A stretch of 63,988 bases of DNA, counting the filler, from Octopus bimaculoides (Eukaryota), in assembly GCF_001194135.2 (NCBI RefSeq). It is 5 parts of 5 records of this genome, joined end to end, with 100 filler letters (N's around TTAATTAATTAA, not from the genome) between each part and the next. Parts side by side here need not be neighbours in the genome. Positions count along the whole stretch, not along the records: positions 1 to 20,387 come from NC_068983.1; 4 more parts are not named here. One strand, 5' to 3'. The notes beneath the pieces are model-generated. The model had not been told where the DNA came from. It searched no databases and was given only the letters and a program-made list of their open reading frames with translations. The translations under genes were made by a program, and so were the position numbers. Shown here piece after piece: positions 1-12,649 of this stretch (positions within the stretch are counted from its first letter, which is position 1; each line of letters begins with the position of its first letter).

Positions 1-173
1 ACAAAAAACATAAAAAATTTTTTTTTTGTCATATAAAGATGCCACCCACCACCATAATTTCCAAAGCTGTGGTTAAAAAAATGTAAAAACAATCCCCGTC
101 AAAACGCAGTAGTTCCGGGCCTATACTGGCCGAACCCTATCAAAGTTATTTGGTCTTCCTGATCCAATATTCC

Positions 174-470
174 GTTTTTCCGAAACTCCTCTCCCCACCC
201 CCTCGAAAAAAAATTTCCCTACAAATTTCTTTATAATCGTAATCTATGCCGTTTGAAAGGTATTTGTATAAAATTTCATTAAAAGATATCCATTTTCCTG
301 AAAGTTATGAGGGGAAAAAAGTCGGATCGTGTGAATTTTCCGAAACTCCTCTCCCTCGGAAAAATTCTTTCCCACAATCCCTGAATCCACAGCATCTAAG
401 CGGTATTTACTGAAAATTTCGTTAAAATGTATCCATTTTTCTGGAAGTTATGAGGCAACAAAGTCGGGTG
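174..470. repeat. Degenerate tandem dimer (~160-bp unit), probably part of an unclassified non-autonomous element
   Basis: ttttccgaaactcctctccc ... aaaatttc(a/g)ttaaaa..tatccatttt.ctg.aagttatgagg occurs at about 175-320 and 336-455. Confidence 0.5.
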
Positions 471-1049
471 GGAGTACACATCTATAGTTATGTCCCAGTT
501 TCATTCTTGTTCGTTCCGAGTAGAAATCTTTAATAAACGCCGATCCTTCATAATTAGTGTTGGTAAAATAATTAACAGTTATGTACTGAGGTTGATTTAA
601 GACCCTTGCTAATGGAAAAAGGCGGTAGCGATGTGTAGGTAAAATGTTCGCTTCACAATGACGTGTTTTTTTTTTCAGATCCAGTCCCTTGCACGACACC
701 TTGCACAGACGAAATTTGGTAGACGGAAATTGCGTGCTAACGTGATCCTGAACTTTTGGCGTAAAACTTCACCCGTCGTCCAGTTTAACATCATCTGGAC
801 TTTGCGTGATAAAAAAAGAAAGAAAAAGAAGTTATTTATTTTTAGAGTACAGTTAACTCTGTTTCAAATATTCGATCTGGGAATGACTTTTCTTCTTACC
901 GATCTCGGTTGCTTGAAAAAAAAAGGATCCTAGACACTGTCATTCCTCTCCTGGCCATGTCATGTAATAACAAATAAATAAAATAAAATATAGATATATA
1001 AATAAAATAAAATAAAGATATATAAAAATAAAATTATATATACATATAA

Positions 1050-1196
1050 ATTAGCGGTTCGGCAAAAAGAGACTAATAGAATAAGTACCAGGCTTACAAA
1101 AGAATAAGTCCTGGGTCGATTTTCTCGACTAAAAGCGGTGCTCCAGCATGGCCACAGTCAAATGACTGAAACAAGTAAAAGCGTAAAGAGTAAAGA

Positions 1197-1198
<2 letters not shown>
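1050..1198 (+). mobile_element. 3' part of a tRNA-derived octopus-type SINE followed by (TA)n
   Basis: gcggttcggcaaaaagagactaatagaataagtacc...gcggtgctccagcatggccacagtcaaatgactgaaacaagtaaaag; reverse-complement copies at about 20085-20250 and 31930-32100. Confidence 0.7.
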
Positions 1199-1244
<46 letters not shown>

Positions 1245-1793
1245 GTATATGAAATTTACAGAAAAGCAACAAAAGAATCATTAATCAATAAATTTTTCAA
1301 GAAAACTTTATGTTACGAAGAATTATAAACTGCTCCAGTTCTGTAAAAGTGATCTGTCCCTCTTCGCTACCCATAGCCAAATCAAGAAGGCTTATGCTAC
1401 TGACTTTTAACCTATGTTTCAGCAAGCATTATTTGAATTAGGTGAAGGACGAGACGAATCTACTTCAGGACAGGGTGGTATTGGAGTACACACAAAAATT
1501 TCTAAAGGTCATGGCACCTATTGCTGACTGATAAACTAATACCGAGATGCGTAGAATAATATTTAGCTGCGGAGTCTATCTTTCGTGAGTCTATGAAGAA
1601 AGGGAGATAATCCTTATCACAAAAGAAGAGGTAAATATTGTAAGGGATGTAACTAATATTGACACCGGTCAAGTTTCGCTGCATGTAAACTAGAAATCAA
1701 CTGAAATATTATTTTAACAAAGAAGAAAATTTACTTCTCAAAATCTCCTCAGGAGAAAGAGTAAGAGGAGTGTATGGAAAGTAACCCCAAAGA

Positions 1794-2276
1794 ATGGTTA
1801 CCGTTAAAGAAAAACTATTTCAAAACAGTTGGAGGAAAATGGTTTCCTGGTTATGTAAAGTTCGCGTTTTAAAATTATTTCTATTTCTCGTTTTGGTTCT
1901 TGTGATTTTTGTCAACTTGGGTCAGTTTCTGAGGCGTTATATGCCTAAATCGGTAAACAACGTGATAAATAGCCCCCTTCTTAGGGAAGGCACTACCTAT
2001 ATCAATGTTGGTCATATGAGTGTGGACCTCTTAACATCCACGCTTACCTTTACTGATCCCCTCTGGGTTCCTGATCCGGTAGCCGCGGCGGCGGACGCAG
2101 CGGAGATGGCGGCCGAAGGAGAAGAAGACGAAATTGGCGATGGTAATTATTTAAAAGGAACCTTTCCGACTACTGTCAAAGACCACGCTCACCAAGTTAA
2201 GGAGTGCGATTCCTATGACCCCGGAGATAGCACAGCGTCATTTTGTCGACAATTTGGGACTCACGTTCAACTTCAA
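1794..2276 (+). CDS. MYORG: MYORG-like GH31 glycosidase homolog, first coding exon (cytoplasmic tail, type II TM anchor, start of lumenal region)
   Basis: ATG at 1794 (agaATGG) with an in-frame TAA upstream at 1782. Hydrophobic segment LKLFLFLVLVLVIFVNLG. Donor CAA|GTAATA at 2276/2277. The exon is 483 nt, phase 0, and joins exon 2 in frame. Confidence 0.8.
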
Positions 2277-4019
2277 GTAATATATTCTTCTTCTTCTTCT
2301 TCTTCTTCTTCTTCTCCTCATTGGATCAATCACATCTCAGTTAAAACTTTAGTGAAAATTACAGAAGACACCCTTTAAAATATATATTGTTGTGCTGAAG
2401 CTATGATCAAAGATATTTTAGCCATGACCATCTCGTTGTACATCTAGAACATTGAAATATATGTCTGTTAAAAAAACAAAACCAAAATAACCCTTCCTCA
2501 GTTTTTAGGCTTTTAGAGCCCCCATTATTGGTGGCAAGCAGCGAAGGCAGGAGACCCAGCTTGAATATTTACAACAGTGGACTCTGCTTGCTGTATTCGT
2601 GTGTCAAGTGATGGTGTTAAACTGTACACTGAATTAAGTCTACGTAGCAAAATTTGAGTGGGATCTTCCACCATAAAATGTTTAGCCACTAGATCAGCTC
2701 TGAGCAAGTAGATTTAATAATGAAAAGGGTTCCAGCTTAATTATATATATTATATATGATAGTGCATCTAAAACTACATTATTCAATGTATTTTTCATCC
2801 TTTAGCCAGAAATATGTAATTTAAGGGGGTTTTGTCTGCTATTTCTAGTAGGACCTATGACCATGTATAGGCTCATATATGCTGTTAAGTCGTTACTATT
2901 GAATAGCTATTATTAGCTTATTTTTTTCTTCTGAATTAAGTATGACTGTTATATTCTTGTAATTTGATTACTATATTTCTAAGTTATTAATATAAGTTAG
3001 GAAAATATCCTAAGATATTGAGTGTTCTGCATCCTAAATATAAATATAAAGGTAGAAGGGTCTCATGTTTGTAATATAGTGAACTGAAAAATACTGTGAC
3101 TAGGTTATGTTTGGTGAGGTATTATGTAGGTATTGTATGAAATTATTTGAGTAAGATAATTGATCTTAAATTCTTGTTTAGTCTCTGAGACCAACCCTGA
3201 TCAATCAAAACTGTAATCAGATGTGTTCCAACTCTGACTGTTCTTTTCTTTCAAGTATAATGTTTCTGTTACCACATCAACCTATGAATGCCTTTTTTTT
3301 TTTCCAGATAGTAAGATGTATGTGAGTGAAAGTTGGCTGCCAGTTCTTGTAGGTCAAGCAATTGCATAGATGATTCTTTCAATAACTTAGATTCTTGTGT
3401 ATACCCGCTGTGAAAGATTTTAGCAACTAGATAATAGAAAAGTGTAAGATTTTTTGGATTTTGAATTCTTATCTTAGTTGATAGGCAGAGTGCAGCTGAG
3501 CCAAAGAAGTGGTTGGGTAACAAAACCATCAACTGATGTGGGTAACTGAGGCATCTGTACTAAAATGGACTCAACACAAGATGGCATATGCTGACAGTGT
3601 AAAGTACCTGTGGTAGAAGATCAAAGGAAGCCTAAATAGAGGTGGTGAGGTAGGATTTTAGGATACAGGACCTCATAGACCTGAAGGACTGACAGGAATG
3701 TGAAGAATGGTGATATGTTTTACTGCTGTTCTCTTCAGTTTATTCTTGTATAAAAGATATGAGGATTATGGTGTCAGCTGTCACTGAAAGGCATCCTGTG
3801 TAGTAGGTGGGATGTGATGTTGAGGCCTACTGCATTTGAGAGACATTTTTATAATTTCATTGAACCATCAAATTGTTATGGGTTTTGTATGTCACTGGTA
3901 ATTTTAATTCAGTATTTCTTATTGACAAATTACTAATTATCCAGTGCCCAAATTACAATGTAGACTGAATAAGTCTGAGTAAGACTGTAATAAGTATTAC
4001 AGCATAGCTCCAGTGGTGA

Positions 4020-7000
4020 CATCATCATCATTGCTTAACGTCTGCCTTCCATGCTAGCATGGGTTGGACAATTTGACTGAGGACTGGCAGAGTTTCTACA
4101 GCTGGATGCCCTTCCTAATGCCAACCACTCTGAGAGTGTAGTGGGTGCTTTTATGTGCCACCGGCACGAGGGCCAGTCAGGTGGTACTGGCAACGGCCAT
4201 GCTCAAAATGGTGTATTTTACGTGCCACCTGCACAGGAGCCAGTCCAGTGGCACTGGCAACGACCTCGCTTGAATGTTTTTTCACGTGCCACCGGTACAA
4301 GTGCCAGTAAGGCGAAGCTGGTAATGATCATGCTCAAATGGTGCTATTTAAGGGCCACTGGCACGGAAGCCAGACAGCTGCTCTGGCAATGATTACGCTC
4401 GGATGGTGCTCTTAGCACTCCACTGGCACAGGTGCCAGTCATTGAATTTGGTTCAATCACGATTTCACTTTTGCTTGCCCCAACAGGTCTTCACAAGCCA
4501 AGTTTAGTGTCCAATGAAGGAGAGGTTGGCATGGGTGCCAGTCGTCGAATTTGGATCGATTTCATTTGCCTCAAAAGGTCTTCGCAAACAGAGTTTAGTG
4601 TTCAATGAAGGAAAAGTACGCATAAGTGGGCTGGCTACACCCCTGGCAGAGGCCTCGGATTATGGTCTCACTTGGCTCACCAGGTCTTCTCACGCACTGC
4701 ATATTTCCAAAGGTCTCAGTCACAAGTCATTGCCTTGGTGAGGCCTAATGTTCGAAGGTCGTGCTTCACCACCTCATCCCAGGTCTTCCTGGGTCTACCT
4801 CTTCCACAGGTTCCCTCAACCGCTAGGGTGTGGCACTTTTTCACACAGCTNNNNNNNNNNNNNNNNNNNNNNNNNNNNNNNNNNNNNNNNNNNNNNNNNN
4901 NNNNNNNNNNNNNNNNNNNNNNNNNNNNNNNNNNNNNNNNNNNNNNNNNNNNNNNNNNNNNNNNNNNNNNNNNNNNNNNNNNNNNNNNNNNNNNNNNNNN
5001 NNNNNNNNNNNNNNNNNNNNNNNNNNNNNNNNNNNNNNNNNNNNNNNNNNNNNNNNNNNNNNNNNNNNNNNNNNNNNNNNNNNNNNNNNNNNNNNNNNNN
5101 NNNNNNNNNNNNNNNNNNNNCTTACACTCTGTCGAGTATGCACACTGACATTACACATTCAGCGGAGCATACTAGCTTCATTCCTTTCTAGCCTATGCAT
5201 GTCCTCAGCAGTCACAGCCCATGTTTCACTGCTATGTAGCATGGCTGATCACAGACATGCATCATACAGTATACCTTTCACTCTGAGAGAGAGGCCCTTT
5301 ATTACCAGCAGAGGTAAGAGCTCTCTGAACTTTGCCCATGCTATTCTTATTCTAGCAGCTACAGTTTCAGCGCACCCTCCCCTGCTACTAACTTGGTCAC
5401 CTAGATAACGGAAGCTATCAACTACTTCTAGTTTTTCTCCCTAGAATGTGGCAGAAGTTGTTTTCTGAACATTTTCAGTGTTAATTGCTCCTGAGCATCT
5501 GCCACATACAAAAACTTTCTTCCCAGTTAGCCTTCCTTTGATATTGCTGCACCTCTTATGTGTCCATAGCTTACACTGGGTACATCTTATAAAGTTTCTA
5601 ACTACGCCTTTTCTACAGATCGAGCAAGGTCATCTGCCTGAAGTGGTTTGTGTTTTGTCTACCTTCCTACTTATTAGGACTTAGGTTTTAGCTAGGTTGA
5701 CTCTAAGGCCCTTCGATGCTAGTCCTTGCTTCCACACCTGAAACTTCTCCTCTAGTTCTGATAGTGACTCAGCAATTAACGTAAGGTCATCAGCATAGAG
5801 TAGCTCCCAGGGGCATCCTGTCTTGAATTCCTGTGTTNNNNNNNNNNCTGTCAAAGGCTTTCTCCATGTCAACGAAAGCCAGGTAGAGAGGTTTATCTAT
5901 GGTTAGGTATTTCTCCTGCAGCTGTCTTACCAGAAATATAGCATCAGTGGTGCTTTTCCATGGCACAAACCCAAACTGCATCTCATCTAAACTGACTCGC
6001 TCCCTAATTAGTTGGGCTATGACCCTCTCCGTGACTTTCATTACCTGATCTAACAATTTGATACCTCTGTAATTATTTGTATCTAAAGTGTCACCTTTAC
6101 CTTTGTAGCAGCTGATTATGGTGCTACTACACCAGTCATTGGGTATGACTCCTTCTTGTATCACCATCACCTGGTTAACTATACGGGTGCCTAGGCTATA
6201 ACCGACACTGCCAGATATTTTGAGCATCTCTGCAGTGATTCCTGATGGGCCGGGGGCTTTCCCTGTCTTCATACTCTTAATTGCTTTATCTACCATGGTA
6301 CTGTCATCTCAGATAGCTGGTCCCTCTGTTGGGTCGACATACGGCAGACTCTCTTTCTCCCATTCATTCTCTTTATTAAGCAATCTATCGTAGTGGCATC
6401 TCCAGACCTCTTTCTTTGCATCCTCATTTAATGCAAGCGTACCATCATCCATGCGAACACATTTCTCTCCTACAACATCACTATTCTCTCTCCTACACTG
6501 TCTTGCAACACGAAATACCTCAAGTCTTTGGTCCNNNNNNNNNNNNNNNNNNNNNNNNNNNNNNNNNNNNNNNNNNNNNNNNNNNNNNNNNNNNNNNNNN
6601 NNNNNNNNNNNNNNNNNNNNNNNNNNNNNNNNNNNNNNNNNNNNNNNNNNNNNNNNNNNNNNNNNNNNNNNNNNNNNNNNNNNNNNNNNNNNNNNNNNNN
6701 NNNNNNNNNNNNNNNNNNNNNNNNNNNNNNNNNNNNNNNNNNNNNNNNNNNNNNNNNNNNNNNNNNNNNNNNNNNNNNNNNNNNNNNNNNNNNNNNNNNN
6801 NNNNNNNNNNNNNNNNNNNNNNNNNNNNNNNNNNNNNNNNNNNNNNNNNNNNNNNNNNNNNNNNNNNNNNNNNNNNNNNNNNNNNNNNNNNNNNNNNNNN
6901 NNNNNNNNNNNCGTAGAAACCTCCAGTTGTCTTCTACATCATGTGAAGCAACTTCCCCTTCTATTTCGTCAAAAGCTTCAAGTAATAAGTCTCTAAATCT

Positions 7001-7165
7001 CTGTCCATTCGCAGGATCTTTGAGCTTCCAGACCTTTCTCCTCCATGCTGGTTGTCTTCTGGGCAACCACTTAGCCCTGATCCTGAAGTCACTAACTACT
7101 AGTTTATGTTGTGGGGTACATTCTTCGCCTGGGAAGGTTTTGGCATTTATAAGCAGCCGCAGTGA
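4020..7165 (-). mobile_element. RTE-clade LINE, 5'-truncated, degraded and gapped
   Basis: EN end (EECTPQHKLVVSDF), RT (KAPGPSGITAEMLK, NNYRGIKLL, QFGFVP, DMEKAFD, LLYADDL, FRYLGD), C-terminus (GRGRPRKTWDEVVKHDL), long 3'UTR and (GAT)n tail at 4020-4030. Confidence 0.92.
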
Positions 7166-7451
7166 ATAAACCAATTGAAATATATAGTGTCTGTATGTTT
7201 TTACATTCATTCTTCCATACTGGCATGAGTTGGATAGCAATTTATTTGAGGCAGTATTTTATGATTGGATGTCCTTCCTGTTGCCAACTTGTTTTTCAAG
7301 TAAGGGATTTTTTTTTTATCTTTGACTGGTTTTTAACAGTGCCGAGCTACAGGATATTTTGTGAATATCACAACAGTTTTGTTTAGACTGTGCTATGCAA
7401 AGGCACCGAATGTCAACATACACAAATATATTGTGTGTGTGTGTGTGTGTG

Positions 7452-7635
7452 TGATCATCATCCTTTAAGGTCTGTTTTCCATGCTTCCATGAGTTGGACG
7501 GTTTGACCAGAGCTAGCAAACTGAAGAGCTGCACCAGGTTCCAGTCTGAGTTGTCTTGGTTTCTGCAGCTGAATGCTCTTCCTAACACCAGCCATTTTAC
7601 AATGGGTGCTGAGTGCTTTTTACCTGACACTGGCA
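7452..7635 (-). mobile_element. Short RTE-related 3' tail fragment
   Basis: catcatcctttaaggtctgttttccatgc...gctgaatgctcttcctaacaccagcc is related to the RTE tail at 4020-4140. Confidence 0.55.
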
Positions 7636-7889
7636 TAATAAATATATAGGTGTGTGTGCGTGCTGATCTTCCATGCAGATTTTGTGTTCTAAGTCCATAT
7701 ATAAAACTATGACAGAAGAAAGTTGTCATGCAGTGATGCTTTGAGCAAATATCTACAAATATAGCCTGAAATGACATGCTTATAAAGCAAACTCCTTATT
7801 TACACTGCCATATCTTTTCCTAATGGAGATATCAATAATAAAAAAAAATATGTTAATTTTTAAAGATATGGTCTGAAAATGTATAATCT

Positions 7890-8940
7890 TAAAAGACAAA
7901 TTCCAGAATTTTTGAGACTTTTTCAGGCGAGACATTAATTTCAAAGTAGGATCCTCTGACTTCAGTGTACTTGCAGCACACCAGCCTCTTTGTGAAGGCC
8001 CCATGGAAGTCCTCCAAAGTGAAGATGTTCAAGACCGTTGTCACAGTCTCCTCCATCTTCTCAGTATCTTCAAAACAACTACCCCTGAGGTTTTCCTTCA
8101 ACTTGGGGGAACTACCAAAAGTTACATGGAACAAGGTCTGAGCTGTAGGGAGGGTGAAAGATAGTTTTGATGCCCATCTCTGCCAAATAGTTGGTTACTA
8201 GGATGGAATTATGGACTGATTGAATGTCCTGGTGCAGGAGCCACTGACCTGAGTGGAAGGACTCTGGCCTTTTGTGACAAAATCTCTTCCTGAACTCCCT
8301 CAAAACTCCAGAAAGTACTTTGATGACCCTCTGGCCAGAGGGAACCCAGTAGATGTAGATGATGTCCTTGTCAAAAATGGGGAACATCAGCTTCCCTGTG
8401 GACTGGCTATTTTGGGTCTGGGGAAGCCAGAATGCTTCCTTTGGGTACTCTGTCTCTTGGTCTTTGGATCATAATGGTAGATCCCGGTTTCATCACATGT
8501 CACCAAGAACTCAAGTACTCTTGGATTGGAGGTAGTGAGCGAGACCATCTCCCTGCTGTCACCAATGTGTCTTTCCTTCTGTTTGTCACTGAGCACCCTG
8601 GGAACTAACTTTGCACAGATTTTGCTTATGTTCAGATCTTCATGATTAATTCTGTGCACAAATGTCACACCAACACCAAACTCTATGCTTATTGTCTTTA
8701 TAGACACTCACTGATCTTCATTCAGAAAGCTGAATTTTCTCAACCATTTCTGATATTCTGATGCCTCGCCCTCCTACACTGTTCATCATCTCTCACCTCC
8801 TCTCTACTGACCTTGAACCTCTTGTACCAGTGAAAAAACAAATGCTTGACTCATACAAGTTAATCTATAAGCAGTTGAAGCATTTCATAAATTTCTGTCA
8901 CAATTTTTCAAAGTTTAACACAAAACTTTTTTGCTTAGCA
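7890..8940 (-). mobile_element. Degraded mariner-family DNA transposon
   Basis: Frameshifted transposase pieces: KICAKLVPRVLS..QK, VTCDETGIYHYDPKTKRQS, WLLHQD, HPPYSSDLVPCNFW, FTLEDFHGAF. Boundaries approximate. Confidence 0.85.
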
Positions 8941-9334
8941 AGCTTCCAAATTGTCTTTACGTCCTGGCTGCATTCTGCAAAACTAATCAGCTGCAAACAA
9001 TAGTGTTTAGTAGAGTGTATCCAAAGTACTGTTACAACCATTTCCTTCAATTTGGAATAATAATAATAAAAAAAAAAAGAGTTGGCAGTTCAGCTTATTA
9101 GATGTTTAGTAATGATATACTAAAATTGCAGTAATCTACAACAGTTATAACTGCTTCTCCTAAAAATAGTCTCAAAACTTTTGTAAAGACCTCAAATATA
9201 TTGTTTCTTCTTGATAAATTATACTTCTGTCAAATAAAACAATTATTGAACCTGAAGTGATAATATTTCTGTCAACTCTTGAATCTTTTGTTTCTTAAAT
9301 TTCGTTTTCCCCTCTCTGTTTATTTTGTATTTAG

Positions 9335-10742
9335 GTGACTGAATCAAAGAAGGAAAACCAAGTCATCTGTTATCACATTATTTGGAAGTCTTTAAACATG
9401 GAGTTCATTCCACAAAGTTGTTTTTACATGGATAATGCTTATTGGTATGGAGGCCCGGAACTCATGCAAACTATGTATCCAATTGAGAAAGGAACCTTCT
9501 CATGGACATCATTTGTACCAGGTTTCAACCCTAGTGACAGCCAAAGTAACCAGTCCATGGGACCAGTTGTAGAACGCTACTGGATTAATTCTCAAGGAGC
9601 TGGTATTGCAGTTGATAACTCCATAGCTCTTCATACCAGTATGAATTACAAATTTGAGAATAAACTCTGTTTTAAGGCCATCTTTAGTGATCACAGTCTC
9701 CCTACTCTCAGCTATACAGTGTGCAAAGCCAGCAATGTACGAAATGTACACGACTACATGAGGAAAAGTATATTTGAAAATCCTACTGGATCTCCAGTTG
9801 ATTTAATAGGCAAACCTCTTTGGACAACTGAAGAATATTTTGGGAGTTCAATAGACCAACAAAAATACTTATGGTATGCTGATAAAATTACTAAGACTGG
9901 TTTTTACAATTCACAAATTCAACTTGATACGTATTCTTCTGTGGTCGGTGATACTACAGTCTCTTCAATTAAGTTTCCAAACTCACATCAGATGTTTGGT
10001 CAAATGAAAGAGTCCAAACTTTATGTACGTCTCAAAGTGTGTATGTGTGCTAGTCCTGATGTATCTTATTTTGCTGAGGGAAAAGAGAAAGGATTCTGGC
10101 TAATAGACAAGAAAAGCAAGGCGATAGCAACGAGTTCATCAAAAGATGGAATGGTAGCATTGGTAGATTTCACAAATCCTGATGCTGTGAAGTGGTACCA
10201 AGACAAAATATCTCTCTTTGGAAAAGATTATGGTATACAGGCTTTTACATTTGATTTTAATGAGATTCACACTTTGCCATTTACGTTCTCATTCAAAAGT
10301 ATTTTTAAAACTCCTGCTGATTACTTGACAAAAAGCTCTGAAGTTGTTTCTTTCATTGATCAAAATGCTATAATCAAATTTGGCTTCCAGTCTCAACATT
10401 TTCCAATATTCATTGAAGCAGTTCCCAAAAACATGTCATGGGATTATAACAGTGGCTTAAAAAATGTCATTCCAAACATGCTAACTTTAGGAATTCTTGG
10501 TTTTCCATTCATTGTACCAAGTGCTATTGGGGGTACAAACTATACTGGGGCACCACCTGCAAGCAAAGAACTGTTTATTCGTTGGGCACAGATGGTCAGT
10601 TATTTTCCTATCATGCACTTCTCTATCCCACCATGGCACTATGATGAAGAAACTGTGCATATTGCACAAAACCTAGTCAAGCACCATCAACAGAAAATTG
10701 CCCCTTTAATAAAGCATCTAATGAAAGAAGCAGAAGTTACAG
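9335..10742 (+). CDS. MYORG: MYORG-like GH31 homolog, exon 2 (N-terminal beta domain and TIM barrel)
   Basis: Acceptor ttttgtatttag|GTG and donor ACAG|GTAATA; 1408 nt open, phase 0 to 1. MYORG-type motifs include WYGGPE, ERYWINSQG, DFTNPDAVKWY, FTFDFNE, LTLGILGFPFIVP, ELFIRWAQ and FSIPPWHYD. Confidence 0.93.
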
Positions 10743-10861
10743 GTAATATAGTTTCTTCAAATGTTTTCTGAAATCTTCATCTGAAATATAAATATATATG
10801 TGTGTGTGTGTGTATATGTGTGTGTATGTGTATATAATATATATGTATATGTGTGGATGTG

Positions 10862-10938
<77 letters not shown>

Positions 10939-11009
10939 AATCCCATTAATAATGTGTTTTTTTTTATACTTTTTTTAATTTTCAAAATTAAGAAAAACAA
11001 AGTTCCTTT

Positions 11010-11340
11010 TTAATCTAAAATATACTCTCCTTCATTTTCTACAATGCTCTTCCATCTATCTGGTAGACTTGCAAGGACCCTCATCCAAAATTCACTTTGC
11101 CAAAATGAAAAATACTCTTGCTGTACAGTTCTGACCTTGTCTACAGAATTCATATTTTTTCCGTCCAAATGATTTTGAAGACTGCAGAATAAATGATAAT
11201 CAGATGGGGCAATATCTATTGAATGTGGTGGATGGGGCATCGTTTCCCATTCAAACTGCTCCAGCCTTTGGAATGTCATCCTCACTGTATGTGGCTGAGC
11301 ATTATCCTGATGGAAGAACACCTTCTGTCTTGAAACAAAA
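11010..11340 (-). mobile_element. Mariner transposase C-terminal fragment in MYORG intron 2
   Basis: FHQDNAQPH...HPPHSIDIAPSDYHLFCSLQNHLDGK...LPDRWKSIVENEGEY. Confidence 0.85.
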
Positions 11341-11475
11341 AACGGTCATTTTTCTTCTAGCACTGACTTAATCCTCTCAAACTGCTGAAGGTAAAAATAA
11401 TACCAGTAATAACTGGAGTATTGGACATGATAAAAAAACATATGAGCAAAAACATAGAAGCTATACCTGGACCCT

Positions 11476-12001
11476 CATCACTACATCATCGTTTAATGTC
11501 CGCTTTCCATGCTAGCATGGGTTGGACGATTTGACTGAGGACTGGCAAGCCAGAAGGCTGCACCAGGCGCCAGTCTGATCTGGCAGAGTTTCTACAGCTG
11601 GATGCCCTTCCTAATGCCAACCACTCCAAGAGTGTAGTGGATGCTTTTACATGCCACCGGCATGAGGGCCAGTCACACGGTACTGGCAACGGCCATGCTC
11701 AAAAAGGCATTTTTTACGTGCCACCTGTGCGGTAGCCAGTCCAGCGGCACTGGCAACGACCTCGCTCAAATGATTTTCTAACATGCCACCAGCACAAGTG
11801 CTAGAAGGCGACGCTGGTAACGATTACGCTCAAATGGTGCTATTTATGGGCCACTAGCCCGGAAGCCAGACAGCTGCTCTGGCAACGAACATGCTTGGGC
11901 AGTGCTGTTAGTGCTCCACTGGTGCAGGTGCCAGTGATTGAGTATGGTTCAATTACGATTTTGATTTCACTTGCCCCAACAGGTCTTCGCAAGCAGAGTT
12001 T
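11476..12001 (-). mobile_element. Second copy of the RTE LINE 3'UTR
   Basis: Collinear with 4020-4510 (ttccatgctagcatgggttggac...cttcgcaagcagagtttag). Confidence 0.85.
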
Positions 12002-12394
12002 AGATCCAGAAAATGTCCCTGTTAGGAACAGCCCACATCCTACGCAAGACACTATCAATTCAATAATACAACCTAAACAAAACAACCCACAAACACAAGA
12101 CACACTCTATACAGCAATTACCCAGTGAAATAAACTTCCACCAGCAAGCTAGATAACCAGTGCATTACACACTCGACACACAATACAAGCAGTAATACAA
12201 CAAAAGACTGCACCACACCCCAAGAGAAAGGAAAACAGCAGAAAGACTAACAGTAAATACCAGGAAGAGTTTTGTGCACTCCCAACAACAGCAAAGAACA
12301 CACAATGCTGCACACATCCCAGAAGCGTAGAGGTTTAGCAGGTGGTGCAGTCGAAATTTGTCTTAAACTATCGAACAATTATATAATAATAATG
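12002..12394 (+). mobile_element. R4/Dong-type non-LTR retrotransposon 3' end, family A
   Basis: IQKMSLLGTAHILRKTLSIQ*, then a UTR shared with 34850-34950 and a short (TAA)n tail. Confidence 0.75.
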
Positions 12395-12649
12395 TTGAAA
12401 GTTTGAGTGGTGGGGAAAGTTGATTACATCAACCCCAGTGCTCAGCTGGTACTTACTTCGTCAACCTTGGAAGGATGAAAGACAAAGTCAACCATGGCCG
12501 AATTTGAACCCAAATGTAATGATGGATGAAATGCTATTGGAGGAATTATTAGATCTTCAGATAAATGCCTTGGTATTGACAAATCCTATCCAATCAAACT
12601 TGCTAGCCTTGTGCCTAAATCAGAAACCACTCTTCGTTGTATTCTTCTT

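Noticed and set aside
1423-1527. Additional upstream coding exon after a good acceptor (tttaacctatgtttcag)
   Set aside because: The frame stops at 1525, is out of frame with ATG 1794 and shows no recognisable homology; at most UTR.
2277-2378. Poly-Ser extension of ORF 1794-2378
   Set aside because: Read-through past the donor at 2277 into an intronic (TCT)n repeat.
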